NCBI GenBank assembly: GCA_030615605.1
Contig: JAUWYY010000006.1
Location: 11,847-75,846, forward strand
Direction: 5' to 3'
Length of the DNA stretch: 64,000 nucleotides
Origin: a bacterium
GTDB taxonomy: Bacteria > Armatimonadota > Zipacnadia > Zipacnadales > Zipacnadaceae
The notes below the pieces were generated by a model, which was not told the origin of the DNA, ran no database searches, and saw only the letters and a program-made list of their open reading frames with translations. A program made the translations under genes and the position numbers. Shown here piece by piece: positions 31,055-40,738 of this stretch (position 1 is the first letter of the stretch; every line of letters begins with the position of its first letter).

Positions 31055-32004
31055 TCAATCAAGTCGCGCAGTTGGTCGGCCAGTTCGTAGTTTGCTGCAT
31101 CGAGCAGAGCATGGACTACGAAGATCTTGTTAGTTGCTTCGCAGTGCCAGGCGTGGCCCAGCAGCTTGTACGGGGCTTGTCGGCCGATTAGGTGAAGTGC
31201 GAACCGCTTGAGGCCCTGCAGGGGTGGCATACGGGTGCCGGCGAAGATTACCGCCTCGTGGCCGCGAAATTGGGTCTCGTCCGATGTCGGTTTGTAGCTC
31301 TTTAGCTCCTTACCCAATTCTCGCTGAAGCCACTGGTCCAGCGTTTGGTCCCGCAGGAGGGTGTCGGCCATCCCCCAGCGACCCACTTCTATGGTTTCGG
31401 TGTCCCGTGTGAAGGAGAACTTCAGCAGAGCCGAGTACAGTTGCTGCCCGGTGAGCGTGAAGTCCTCAGGTATCTGGCAGACAAAGTCGTAGGCAGCCCA
31501 GGTTGTCCAGCCGTCGGTGGGGTGGTCAGTTATACTGCGGATTACGCGTTGCGCAGTATCGAGCAAACCATCCTCCTGGGGCCGCCCCAGGACCTGGGCG
31601 ATGACAGTCTGGTCGCATTGCTTGCACACCCAAACTGCACCATACGCCTGCTGCTGCTGGGCATGCCAGGCGAAGGTAGCAAGGCTGTCTTTTTTCATCT
31701 GGCGCTTGCTGACGACGCGGATATCGCGGTCAACCGAAAACTGGTCGTCGTCGGCTTTATGAGCCTTTTTGACCGTCTGCAAGTATTTGTCAACGGTCTT
31801 TTCCAAATCCACGAAGCCTGGTGATGCCATCCACTTGATCTCGAGCCTGGCCATATCGCGATCATCAATACGCAGATACCCTTCTTTTTCGTCGGCTGAT
31901 ATTGAAGCAAGCGCCCAATCCTGGGGGACCCGTGCTGTAATTCCCGCCCAACCGATCAGGCGTTGATTCTGGTCTTTATCGCTCATTGTCTCTCCGGTAT
32001 TCAA
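31045..32004 (-). CDS. hypothetical cytoplasmic protein (319 aa), co-oriented and tightly linked to ftsW/rodA
   Basis: Complete ORF with no recognisable motif. 10-bp gap to upstream ftsW/rodA and 10-nt overlap with the downstream metalloprotease gene. Confidence 0.45.
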   Translation of the reverse strand: MNTGETMSDKDQNQRLIGWAGITARVPQDWALASISADEKEGYLRIDDRDMARLEIKWMASPGFVDLEKTVDKYLQTVKKAHKADDDQFSVDRDIRVVSKRQMKKDSLATFAWHAQQQQAYGAVWVCKQCDQTVIAQVLGRPQEDGLLDTAQRVIRSITDHPTDGWTTWAAYDFVCQIPEDFTLTGQQLYSALLKFSFTRDTETIEVGRWGMADTLLRDQTLDQWLQRELGKELKSYKPTSDETQFRGHEAVIFAGTRMPPLQGLKRFALHLIGRQAPYKLLGHAWHCEATNKIFVVHALLDAANYELADQLRDLIECH

Positions 32005-32013
32005 GATTTGTGG

Positions 32014-33132
32014 TTAGAAGGCTATCTTTCGCTTGCGAATATGGATATTCTGGAGAATGCCGACAGCCAAGCAATTGACAATCATACTGCTGCCGCCGTA
32101 GCTGACAAATGGCAGGGTCATGCCTTTGACTGGTGCCAGCCCCAGCGTCATACCCACGTTGGCAGTAATGTGGATAAGAAACATGGCGGCGATGCCTCCG
32201 GCCACCAGCCGTCCGAACTTGTCTTTAGCCTGCCAGCATATGGTCAGGCTGCGCCACAGCAACACAGCCAGGAGTCCCAGCAGGGCAAGACAGCCGGCGA
32301 AGCCCCATTCTTCGCCCACGACCGTGAAAACAAAGTCTTTTTCCTGATGGGGAATGAACTCCAATCGGCTTTGGGTGCCCTGGAAGAGGCCCTTGCCCAG
32401 CAGATGTCCGGAGCCGATGGCGATCAGTGATTGGCGAATCTGCCAGCCGGCCCCCTGGGGGTCTTCATCGGGATGCAAAAAGGCGGTCAGCCGTTCTTTG
32501 TGATAGGGACGAATCACCCCCGTGCTCCAGGCGATGGTAAAGAGCATAACGAAGGCAAACGCGAGGGCGCCAAGTTGTGTGAGCCTGGCGCCGGCCAGAA
32601 ACACAACAAAGAACCAGATGAAGACCAGCACCACCGGGGTGCCCAGATCCGGCTGTCGGAATATCAGCGCAGCTGGCACTATGACATAGGCTAACGACCG
32701 TACCAGCGTATGGAATGTCGCCAGTTGCTCGGAGGTGCAGGTGGCCAGATATGCACCCAACATCACGATTATGGCCAGTTTGCTCAACTCACCCGGCTGG
32801 ATGGTAATTGGGCCTATCGCCAGCCAGCGGGCACTACCGTGGGCAGTCTGACCGACGGCCAGAACTAGTAGCAGCAAGCCCACGGCCAGCCCGTAGAAGA
32901 CTAGACTGAGGCTAGCTATGCGGCTGTAGTCCACCATTGCGATCAGCCCCATCACCACCAGGCCCAGGCCAATCCAGATCAACTGGAGCGTCACCGTACT
33001 GGCCGGCGGCTCGTCTGCCATGGCCAGTTGCGCCTGGGTGCAACTGTATATCATCAGGGCACCGTAGGCACATAGCAGCAGCACTGCTACCAACAGGATA
33101 AAATCAGTTCGCGCCAGCAATCGCGTCTGCAT
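32014..33132 (-). CDS. SEDS-family peptidoglycan glycosyltransferase (FtsW/RodA/SpoVE)
   Basis: 372 aa, about 10 TM segments, conserved SEDS motifs (..PDLGT.., ..GGSS.. near the C-terminus). Confidence 0.85.
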   Translation of the reverse strand: MQTRLLARTDFILLVAVLLLCAYGALMIYSCTQAQLAMADEPPASTVTLQLIWIGLGLVVMGLIAMVDYSRIASLSLVFYGLAVGLLLLVLAVGQTAHGSARWLAIGPITIQPGELSKLAIIVMLGAYLATCTSEQLATFHTLVRSLAYVIVPAALIFRQPDLGTPVVLVFIWFFVVFLAGARLTQLGALAFAFVMLFTIAWSTGVIRPYHKERLTAFLHPDEDPQGAGWQIRQSLIAIGSGHLLGKGLFQGTQSRLEFIPHQEKDFVFTVVGEEWGFAGCLALLGLLAVLLWRSLTICWQAKDKFGRLVAGGIAAMFLIHITANVGMTLGLAPVKGMTLPFVSYGGSSMIVNCLAVGILQNIHIRKRKIAF

Positions 33133-33231
33133 GGTTACTCACTGCAGTTTAGTATAGCAGAAACTGACGGGGACGCGAAGGTTTGTCAATCTTGGCAGAG
33201 CGGGTATACTTACTGATGAGATTGTGATTCT

Positions 33232-33759
33232 GTGAAAGTGGCGGTCGTTTTGGTGGTGAGAACTTCGCTTCTCTTCGCAACCAACTGGGGCTGGTGGGGG
33301 GTGGAGGCCAGTTCGCGCGGAATTGTCCAGGTTGTGCTGCCGCAGCGCAACCCCCATCAGGTCCGCAAGCAGTTGGGCAGTCTGGAAAGCGCGGCCAGTC
33401 GCCTGGCCGAGAAGGCAGCCCGGCAGATCCAGGAATATCTGTATGGCCGGCGCCGGCACTTCACTGTGGCAGTTGATTGGGAACTTATGTCGAGCTTTGC
33501 GCGTGAAATACTTGAGGCCTGTGCTCAAATCCCCTACGGAGAGACGGTCAGCTACTCCGAGCTGGCCCGCCGGGCTGGTAAGAAAGGAGCCGCACGGGCA
33601 GCAGGCCAGGCGTTGGCGGCGAATCCAGTGCCGATATTGGTGCCATGCCACCGGGTAGTCGGCGCCGACGGCAGCCTCGGCGGCTTCTCGGGAGGATTGG
33701 CGATGAAGCGTCGGCTGCTGGAACTCGAAGGCAGGTGGCCTCTGGCAGACTCTGGTTGA
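33232..33759 (+). CDS. ogt: methylated-DNA--protein-cysteine methyltransferase
   Basis: Active-site motif PCHRVV plus the C-terminal helix-turn-helix; GTG start assumed. Confidence 0.75.
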   Translation: MKVAVVLVVRTSLLFATNWGWWGVEASSRGIVQVVLPQRNPHQVRKQLGSLESAASRLAEKAARQIQEYLYGRRRHFTVAVDWELMSSFAREILEACAQIPYGETVSYSELARRAGKKGAARAAGQALAANPVPILVPCHRVVGADGSLGGFSGGLAMKRRLLELEGRWPLADSG

Positions 33760-33972
33760 GCCAGTTGACTTCTGCGGCGGGTTGTTGTACAATTACGCAA
33801 AATAGTTGCAGCATGTTCGTAGCTTCCGAAAGATTGACCGGCCTGGTGTTAAGGCATAGGGCTAGACCTGGCCAGCCGGGAGTGGCCGGAGACCCATCAT
33901 TGGCACAGTGATTATGCAGTACACAATGCAGCATAACTTGAGCGACCCGCCCCATCTCCAGGAGGGAGAGTA

Positions 33973-36900
33973 ATGCTAATACGGCACCGCTCTTTTGCTA
34001 TCCTCGTCACAGTTCTGATTCTCGCTGCGAGTTTCACTATCGCTGGTACTCCGTCGGCCCATGCTGCCTCGATTAGCTTTGGGTACGGTGGTGATGGCGT
34101 CTGGCCGCAGACGGCCACGGCCAACTCCCAGCGTTGGTTCCGGGTTCACCTTCACTGGAATGCCACGCCCAACGATCAGGGCTTCCCCGCTGAGATAATT
34201 GACGGTTTGTATCTCTACGGCCCCTCCTACAGTTGGCGCCCAGCCGCACCCAGCGGTGTGTCGTTTGCGAGCGAATTGTACTCGGGCAGGGGCATATTTG
34301 ACGCAGGGACGCGATACGCGGTTCCGGGCGAGATTCGGTTAACCGTCGTAGCCTCACCTACGAAAGTGTATTACGTCCCTGCCCCGGGTACCTCGTACTC
34401 TCCCGGGGAGATGGCCGGCTGGCTGCTGACAATTACCAGCGGGCTGGGCATCGGTAATACGTATAATATCGTGGGCAATGACGCTGATGGCGGTGGCACC
34501 TATCTTACTCTGTCCGGGGGTACCCCTCTGGATCCCGAGGTATGCGCGGACCTGGAGGTTACAAGCAACCCCACCACTACCAGAGTCTACTACGATCCGG
34601 TTGTCATAGCCAGCTATTATCCCGATGACACACTGGGAGGGTTAATATTAAGGTTTACCGAGGGCGAAGCGGCCGGCCAAGAATTTGATATCGTTGGTAA
34701 CGGCTCCAATCCCTTCGGATACTACATAGACGTAAGCGAGGATACGGAATTTCCCGCCGAGCTGATGCAGGAGGGCGACGTTGATAGTATTGATTCCACG
34801 ACTCAGTTCTCTTACAGCGGCGTCGATTTTGGTGAAGCGGCGCTGATTGGCTATACGCTCGTCGTTACCAGTGGGACAGCTCTGGGCGAGGAGCGGATGA
34901 TCTCCTATAATACGGACACCTACATTCAGACCACCACAACTCTGCCTACTGGGTTCGCTGCTGCCGACACCTTCGCCATTAAGGACATAATGAACGTCTG
35001 TGATACCGCCGAGGTGGAGAACTTGCTGGCTGGCAACGACCAGCGCGTCCATTTCGGCGTGGTCCGGAACGTTAAAGAAGCTTCCACCGGCAACAATCCC
35101 AAGGTCGTTTTCACCGTCGGCCCGTTCTCCAACTACCACGATGACTACCTGGTGGGCTGGATACCGACCACGCTCCCTGTCCCGGCACTTACCAATTTTA
35201 TGTTCGTTCTGAATTACAGCACGCGGAAAACCGAGGGCGGAGTCACATTCTATGAGGCTGAGGAACCCATAGAGTTCGAGGGCACGCACGTTACCGTGCC
35301 GGTGGCGCGCCGCTTCCCCATTCAGCCCGTAGAGGAACTTTCGGAGTGTGGCGAGCTGCAGGCGTGGTATTCCGGTGTGGGGACCGGAGTTGACCCCTTG
35401 GTGACTGCCCGGTCGGCAGCGGGCGGCCCGACCGACCCGGATAACGGCTCCGGCAGCGATGAGTACGCCTTCCGCATCAGGTATTTCAGCGGGCTCATTG
35501 GTCCTGGGGGTCAGTTCTGGCCGGAACTGCGCAGTCATTGGTGGCGGTATACTACGCCCTTCCAGGAATTCGGCGACGAGGGCGTTCGCGGTGGCTGCCG
35601 TTACGCCCGCTTCGACCGGTTTGGCGACGGCGTAATGACGAGTTGGGGAAACAATACTGCGGCGTGGCAGCATAATCAGAAGCGTGAGTTTCCCGATTGG
35701 CTGCCCCTTGGTTACGAGGATCGCCAGGTGTTCAGTCCTCACGACGACCCGTATTTCGATATGACGGGCGACTATATCGACTTGGCGGGCCACGACCCGA
35801 CGGCTCTTCTGGTAGTCGATGGCGACTACGACCGACCCCATTTTATGGTTCCGGAGAGCGGGAGCACCCTGCGGGACGGCATTGTCTACAAGTACACCGT
35901 ACGCCCTACCAACTACCTGCAATTGTTCCACAACATCTTCACGCTGCAGTTTGATACACCCCACTACGATGCCTGGGACACTGCCTATATGAACCTGACC
36001 GGCGAGCCGACGAGTAACGCCTATGTCAGTATGCGCCCGGGCGGGCATACCTACGAGTTCCTGACCTGCCGCGACTGGGAGCCACCGGTCTGGGGGGTGG
36101 GTGGGGCCGGTGAATATGACGTGGGTAACTTCGCCCACGCCGGCCCGTGCTCGCTGGCCCTGCGGGGGCAGCCGGGGTACAACATAGAGGCAGTCCACGT
36201 GGTCAACGATTATTGGGACGCTGCTTGGTACCCCTCTATTAATCTTGCCGTCAATCTGGAGACGGTTGAGATGTGGTATGAAGATGCTGAGCCGGGCGGA
36301 TACGGCTACCCCTACGACAGCCAGGATCCCACTCAGTACCCGAAGATTGATCCAGTGCTGACAGCCCATCCTTACTTCGAGGACGGTCTGCTCAGTGCGG
36401 CCGAGCGGGGCTTCATCTGGCCCAATTACTACTTGGAAGACCTCGGGCCCCACTCACCCGGGTCATTGCCTAACCCCTTCAACTATAACCCGACGACTGA
36501 GCCGTGGGGACCGTTGGCAGGCCCCACATACCCGACGCCTGTGTATGGCGGGTATAATCCGGGCAATCCCCTTGACCCGACGGCGAAGGCCATCTCACCG
36601 TTCCGCTTCACCAACGAGGACACGATCTGGCCCAACTACGTCAATATCCACGAGGAGCTCCATCCGACCATGCCCTTCCGGGGCGGCAAGTGGATGACCG
36701 ATACGACCTTCGTCTTCCGGATCAACTACTGGCAGTCCGACAACCTGGAGCCGACCTCCATGCAGCTATGGCTCCGTAAAACCGACGAAGACGGCACCCC
36801 TATAGGCGACTGGACCAGGAAGGCGATGACTAAGGTCTACCCCGCCGACATCACCTATACCGATGGCGTTCTGTATTACTATGAGTGGGACGCCGCCGAC

Positions 36901-39900
36901 CTGCCGAGCGGAGGCGGGATCGGCGACTACCAGTATTCCTTCCGGGCCAGCGACGGCACGCACATCGCGATCTATCCGAACCGGCCCGCCAATGACCCGG
37001 GTTACATCGGCGTGCCGCCGGGCGACAACGATTATTACTGGTTCCGGGTCAACACGCCACCCGAATTGAGTGATGAGTCGATCACGGAGTTGGTAGCAAC
37101 GGCGGCCGAGCCGCCGCAAGGCGACTTCCGCTGGGATGTTACCTACACCGACGACGACGGTGAGGTGCGCAATGCCGGCCGCCTGGGCGACCGACCATTC
37201 AAGAGCATCCTGTGGATAGACCTGTTCGGCGATGTTGAAGGCCAGGCCGAAGTGGTCTCGGTGGCCGTCAATGTCATCACTTACGAAGTGGACGGCGGCG
37301 GCGGTGACCCGTATGCGGCTGGCTCGCTCGTGGGTCTGCAGGTGTTAATGGAGAGCGGCACGGCAGAGGGAGAGCACTTTGATATCACTGCCAACACCGT
37401 CTCCGGGAGTCAGGGGACGATAACCTGTACCGGTCTGAGCGGCGTCGCGGCGACCGACGAGTTCGATATAGTGGACTGGTTCCTCGCCAAAATGGATGAA
37501 ACGGATCCGGCGGACACCAACCACCGTGACGGGAAGGAGTACGATATTGACACCGTCCGGCTGGGCTTCCAGTTGACTCCCGGTGCCCACCTGTACTACT
37601 ACGAGTTCTGGGATAACTGGGTCTACTGGATAGACTGGCAGCAGTATTTCATGACCTCGGATCCCGATCCGATTGACCAGAAAGTCGAAGGCGAGATAGT
37701 CCGGCTGCCCGCGACGGGATACCTTGAGACCCCCTACACGCCACCGGCACCACCGGCCTATTCCATATCGGGCACGGTGTACGACACCGACGGGACAACG
37801 CCGCTGGAGGGTGCTACGCTCAAGTGTTATGATGGCGCGTTCGTAGACCCTGATGACCTGGTTGACGAGCAGACTACTGGCGTCAGCGGCACCTATGAAT
37901 TCGAGGACCTCCCTGACGACGATTATCGCGTCATACCGAGCTACGACTCAGAGTTCTTCGATCCTACTGATGAAGATGTGACGGTGTCGGGGGCTGACGA
38001 AACCGGTGTGGACTTCCAACTGGTAGCGACCTCCTCAATATCGGGCACTGTTTACGATATCGGAGGCAGCGACCCGCTGGAGGGGGCCACTCTCAAGTGT
38101 TATCGTACTCCCTACGCGGATCCCGCGGATCTGGTTGACGAGCAGGATAGCGTCGCGGATGGCACCTACGAATTCGAAGGTCTAGTCGACGACGACTACC
38201 GCGTGATCCCGAGCTACGGTGGCTATGACTTCGACCCCACTCAGACAGATGTGACGGTGTCGGGGGCTGACGAGACCGGCGTGGACTTCGAGTTGCAACC
38301 CGGTGACTGGAGCATCTCCGGAACCATTCTCGATACCGGCAGTGACCCCGTCGAGGGTGTCACCGTTAGCACAACGGGTGCCTCGGATGAAACTGATTCA
38401 TCCGGCGACTACTTGATAGGCAATCTGCCCAATGACGACTATACCCTGACGGCGACCGCGTCGGTCGGGCAGTACTACACCTTCGCGCCGGATGGCTGGA
38501 GCCAGCCGGTTACCATCTCTGGTGCTGACCGGACGAATATCGACTTCGAAGCCACCGAACAGACCTTCAGCGTGAGCGGGACGGTCCTTGACTACGAGGA
38601 CAATCCCGTAAGTGGCATTGTGGTCACCGATGGGACGAACTCAGACACGACTATTGGCGATGGGACCTACACGATCACGGGCGTATCAGCGGGCCTGGTT
38701 ACGATCACGGCCCAGCCGGGCGGGGGCTTTGTATTCGTGCCCCAGAATCAAGATGTCACGGTGCCGGCGCCGGGACCCAGTGATGTAACGGATGTTGACT
38801 TCACTGGTTATGCGGGAGTCGGGCACAGCTACTCGGCCGGTCTGCACCTTGTCGGGGTGCCGCTCTATCCCATTGAGGGCTATGCCGAGGATGTCTTCCT
38901 GACCTCCGACATCTGGTGGTGGCATCCCAGCGGTACGGTCTACATAGGCACTGGCCACCCCAATGCCGCCTCGCTGCTGCAGGTGCAGCCCGCTATGGGC
39001 TTCTTCGTCAACTACGGCAGCGCCACCGACATCAACGTAGCGGGTACTACGGTACCCACTGGCGTGCCGTTCGTGAAGAATCTGGGGCCAGCCTGGAATA
39101 TGATCGCCAATCCGTTTGACGGCTATGAATTACCCATAGCCAACATACAGCCTGACACCGGCCAGCAGATTCTGCCGTTCGCTTACATCTACGATTCATC
39201 GAGCGGCTCTTACCTGGTGATCACTGATCAGCCGGGCATTGGCGTAGCCCGCAACTACATAGACGAATGGGAGGGCGCATGGCTGTATGCCTGTAGCAGC
39301 ACTGGCTTCACTGTCGAGATGACTGCCGGGCCGGCAGTTGCCGCAGCCGCTGCTGAAGATGCGGTAAGCCCGCAGGCGCTTGAAACCGGCCAATCGGGCT
39401 GGGTAGTGCCGGTGCTGGCCCATGTAGGCAATCGCAGTGACCTGATGGGCGCGATTGGCATCAGCAGCATTGAGCCCTACAGTCTGCCCAATCCGCCGGC
39501 AGCGCGGAACAGCGTAGATCTCTACTTTATGGGCGCCGATGGCAGCCAGTTGGCGCAGTCAGTTCTTACGCCGACCGGCGATACAGCTAGCTGGGAGTTT
39601 GTAATTGCTACCGACATCCCGGATAGTGAGGTAGAGGTAGCTCTGCCCGACCTCAGCCAGCTTCCCAATGATCTGATTGTGACTCTGACCGATCTTGACG
39701 CTGATCGCTCGGTATACGCCCGCACGATGCCGAGTTACAGCTTCCGCAGCGGCGAGGATGGCGGTGTCCGTCACTTCCGCATTGAGGTCGCGCCGCAGCA
39801 GGCTGGTGGATTGGCGATTACCACTGCGACAGCGCAGCCCGGTGGCGCCGGTGCGGTGATAACCTATGGAGTCAGCCAGGCCTGTAATGTCACCGTGGAA

Positions 39901-40101
39901 GTTATGAATATCTCCGGGCAGGTCATCAAGACATTGGCCATTGATGAAATAGCCGGCGCGGGTACTCATACGTTGTCGTGGAACCTGCGCAGCAACAGTG
40001 GTACAGTGGTGCCCCGCGGGATGTACCTGGTCAGGATAGAGGCTGCGGCTGAGAACGGGCAGCGCACCAGCAGGCTGTGTCAACTGAACGTAAATAGATG
40101 A
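33973..40101 (+). CDS. giant secreted surface protein (2042 aa) with carboxypeptidase-regulatory-like repeats and FlgD-Ig/T9SS-like C-terminal domain
   Basis: ATG with GGAGGG RBS. Cleavable signal peptide (..ASFTIAGTPSAHAAS). At least 4 CarboxypepD_reg-like beta-sandwich repeats (S(I)SGTVYD..G..LEGATLK..) in aa ~1265-1560. C-terminal ~75 aa match the FlgD-Ig-like / por-secretion-type sorting domain pattern (VTVEVMNISGQVIKTL...GTHTLSWNL...G..VPRGMYLVRIEA). Confidence 0.8.
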   Translation: MLIRHRSFAILVTVLILAASFTIAGTPSAHAASISFGYGGDGVWPQTATANSQRWFRVHLHWNATPNDQGFPAEIIDGLYLYGPSYSWRPAAPSGVSFASELYSGRGIFDAGTRYAVPGEIRLTVVASPTKVYYVPAPGTSYSPGEMAGWLLTITSGLGIGNTYNIVGNDADGGGTYLTLSGGTPLDPEVCADLEVTSNPTTTRVYYDPVVIASYYPDDTLGGLILRFTEGEAAGQEFDIVGNGSNPFGYYIDVSEDTEFPAELMQEGDVDSIDSTTQFSYSGVDFGEAALIGYTLVVTSGTALGEERMISYNTDTYIQTTTTLPTGFAAADTFAIKDIMNVCDTAEVENLLAGNDQRVHFGVVRNVKEASTGNNPKVVFTVGPFSNYHDDYLVGWIPTTLPVPALTNFMFVLNYSTRKTEGGVTFYEAEEPIEFEGTHVTVPVARRFPIQPVEELSECGELQAWYSGVGTGVDPLVTARSAAGGPTDPDNGSGSDEYAFRIRYFSGLIGPGGQFWPELRSHWWRYTTPFQEFGDEGVRGGCRYARFDRFGDGVMTSWGNNTAAWQHNQKREFPDWLPLGYEDRQVFSPHDDPYFDMTGDYIDLAGHDPTALLVVDGDYDRPHFMVPESGSTLRDGIVYKYTVRPTNYLQLFHNIFTLQFDTPHYDAWDTAYMNLTGEPTSNAYVSMRPGGHTYEFLTCRDWEPPVWGVGGAGEYDVGNFAHAGPCSLALRGQPGYNIEAVHVVNDYWDAAWYPSINLAVNLETVEMWYEDAEPGGYGYPYDSQDPTQYPKIDPVLTAHPYFEDGLLSAAERGFIWPNYYLEDLGPHSPGSLPNPFNYNPTTEPWGPLAGPTYPTPVYGGYNPGNPLDPTAKAISPFRFTNEDTIWPNYVNIHEELHPTMPFRGGKWMTDTTFVFRINYWQSDNLEPTSMQLWLRKTDEDGTPIGDWTRKAMTKVYPADITYTDGVLYYYEWDAADLPSGGGIGDYQYSFRASDGTHIAIYPNRPANDPGYIGVPPGDNDYYWFRVNTPPELSDESITELVATAAEPPQGDFRWDVTYTDDDGEVRNAGRLGDRPFKSILWIDLFGDVEGQAEVVSVAVNVITYEVDGGGGDPYAAGSLVGLQVLMESGTAEGEHFDITANTVSGSQGTITCTGLSGVAATDEFDIVDWFLAKMDETDPADTNHRDGKEYDIDTVRLGFQLTPGAHLYYYEFWDNWVYWIDWQQYFMTSDPDPIDQKVEGEIVRLPATGYLETPYTPPAPPAYSISGTVYDTDGTTPLEGATLKCYDGAFVDPDDLVDEQTTGVSGTYEFEDLPDDDYRVIPSYDSEFFDPTDEDVTVSGADETGVDFQLVATSSISGTVYDIGGSDPLEGATLKCYRTPYADPADLVDEQDSVADGTYEFEGLVDDDYRVIPSYGGYDFDPTQTDVTVSGADETGVDFELQPGDWSISGTILDTGSDPVEGVTVSTTGASDETDSSGDYLIGNLPNDDYTLTATASVGQYYTFAPDGWSQPVTISGADRTNIDFEATEQTFSVSGTVLDYEDNPVSGIVVTDGTNSDTTIGDGTYTITGVSAGLVTITAQPGGGFVFVPQNQDVTVPAPGPSDVTDVDFTGYAGVGHSYSAGLHLVGVPLYPIEGYAEDVFLTSDIWWWHPSGTVYIGTGHPNAASLLQVQPAMGFFVNYGSATDINVAGTTVPTGVPFVKNLGPAWNMIANPFDGYELPIANIQPDTGQQILPFAYIYDSSSGSYLVITDQPGIGVARNYIDEWEGAWLYACSSTGFTVEMTAGPAVAAAAAEDAVSPQALETGQSGWVVPVLAHVGNRSDLMGAIGISSIEPYSLPNPPAARNSVDLYFMGADGSQLAQSVLTPTGDTASWEFVIATDIPDSEVEVALPDLSQLPNDLIVTLTDLDADRSVYARTMPSYSFRSGEDGGVRHFRIEVAPQQAGGLAITTATAQPGGAGAVITYGVSQACNVTVEVMNISGQVIKTLAIDEIAGAGTHTLSWNLRSNSGTVVPRGMYLVRIEAAAENGQRTSRLCQLNVNR
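37759..38304 (+). repeat. 2 x ~273-bp imperfect tandem DNA repeat inside the giant gene (about 85% identity)
   Basis: Unit 1 at 37759-38031 and unit 2 at 38032-38304 encode two adjacent ~91-aa carboxypeptidase-regulatory-like domains with near-identical blocks (ATLKCY, YRVIPSY, DVTVSGADETGVDF). Confidence 0.8.
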
Positions 40102-40151
40102 TCACGCTATGACTGCCGAGTCATATTTGATCCAAGAGGGAGTATCGGTCA

Positions 40152-40532
40152 ATGCATAACAACAAACAATGGACCATTGTGGTTGTCATCGCAGCAGTTG
40201 CCCTGACTGGTTGGTTGATTGCCGGCTGTGGTGGAGGTGGGGGTGGGCCGGCGACCGGGGTAAGCGGTAGCACTGTGATAGTAGATAACGATCCGCCCGA
40301 GCCCGCTGGCGGGGTAACCGTTACTGTTGGTGGGCAGCAATCGGTTTCTAATGATGACGGCAACTTTACTGTCACCGGTGTGCCGGCGGGAACCTGGGAG
40401 GTTGTCGTAACCTCGGCTTTTTGGGTTCCAGTGGTCGAGCCGCCCGAGGTGGTGGTCGTGGCAGGTCAGATTACGACTCTGGGTGCTCCAATACTTATGA
40501 GCAGCTTTGGTCCTCCCCCGCCCCCCTTGTAG
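40152..40532 (+). CDS. small lipoprotein with Gly-rich linker and carboxypeptidase-regulatory-like domain
   Basis: 126 aa; AGAGGGA RBS; lipobox LIAGC followed by G8 linker; the domain (VTVGGQQSVSNDDGNFTVTGVPAGTWEVVVT) resembles the repeats of the adjacent giant protein; poly-Pro C-terminus. Confidence 0.55.
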   Translation: MHNNKQWTIVVVIAAVALTGWLIAGCGGGGGGPATGVSGSTVIVDNDPPEPAGGVTVTVGGQQSVSNDDGNFTVTGVPAGTWEVVVTSAFWVPVVEPPEVVVVAGQITTLGAPILMSSFGPPPPPL

Positions 40533-40579
40533 GCTGATGTAGCCGGAGACAGTGGCAGCATCTGTCCAGAATGAACAAC

Positions 40580-40614
40580 CACGCGCCGCCTGCCGACTGG
40601 GCGGCGCTTGCGTG
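40580..40614 (+). terminator. GC-rich hairpin downstream of the small lipoprotein gene (terminator candidate without U-tract)
   Basis: CACGCGCCGCC-tgccgactg-GGCGGCGCttGCGTG; 13-bp stem with a 2-nt bulge. Confidence 0.3.
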
Positions 40615-40708
40615 TGATATGAGCGAAGATGGCACTGTTCACAGGCCCGGCGACCCAGCAGAGTCGGTTTTCTGGGCAGGGAGAATAGCCAGATTATCTG
40701 GGGCAGCG

Positions 40709-40738
40709 TTGCAGGCAACAGCAAATCTGTGCTAAACT
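40709..40738 (+). promoter_or_regulatory. promoter candidate for the gmk-coaBC-metK-priA-def-fmt block (TTGCAG - 18 nt - TAAACT)
   Basis: Same -10 hexamer (TAAACT) as the nuo promoter candidate; 63 nt upstream of the gmk ATG. Confidence 0.25.

Noticed and set aside
34648-36453. 601-aa antisense ORF inside the giant surface-protein gene (and similar ones at 36766-37119 and 39559-40083)
   Set aside because: They are antisense to a gene with signal peptide, repeats and a sorting domain. Stop-codon paucity in GC-rich antisense frames explains them.
40149-40724. 191-aa minus-strand ORF overlapping the small lipoprotein gene
   Set aside because: The plus-strand gene has RBS, lipobox and a recognisable domain, whereas the antisense ORF has none.
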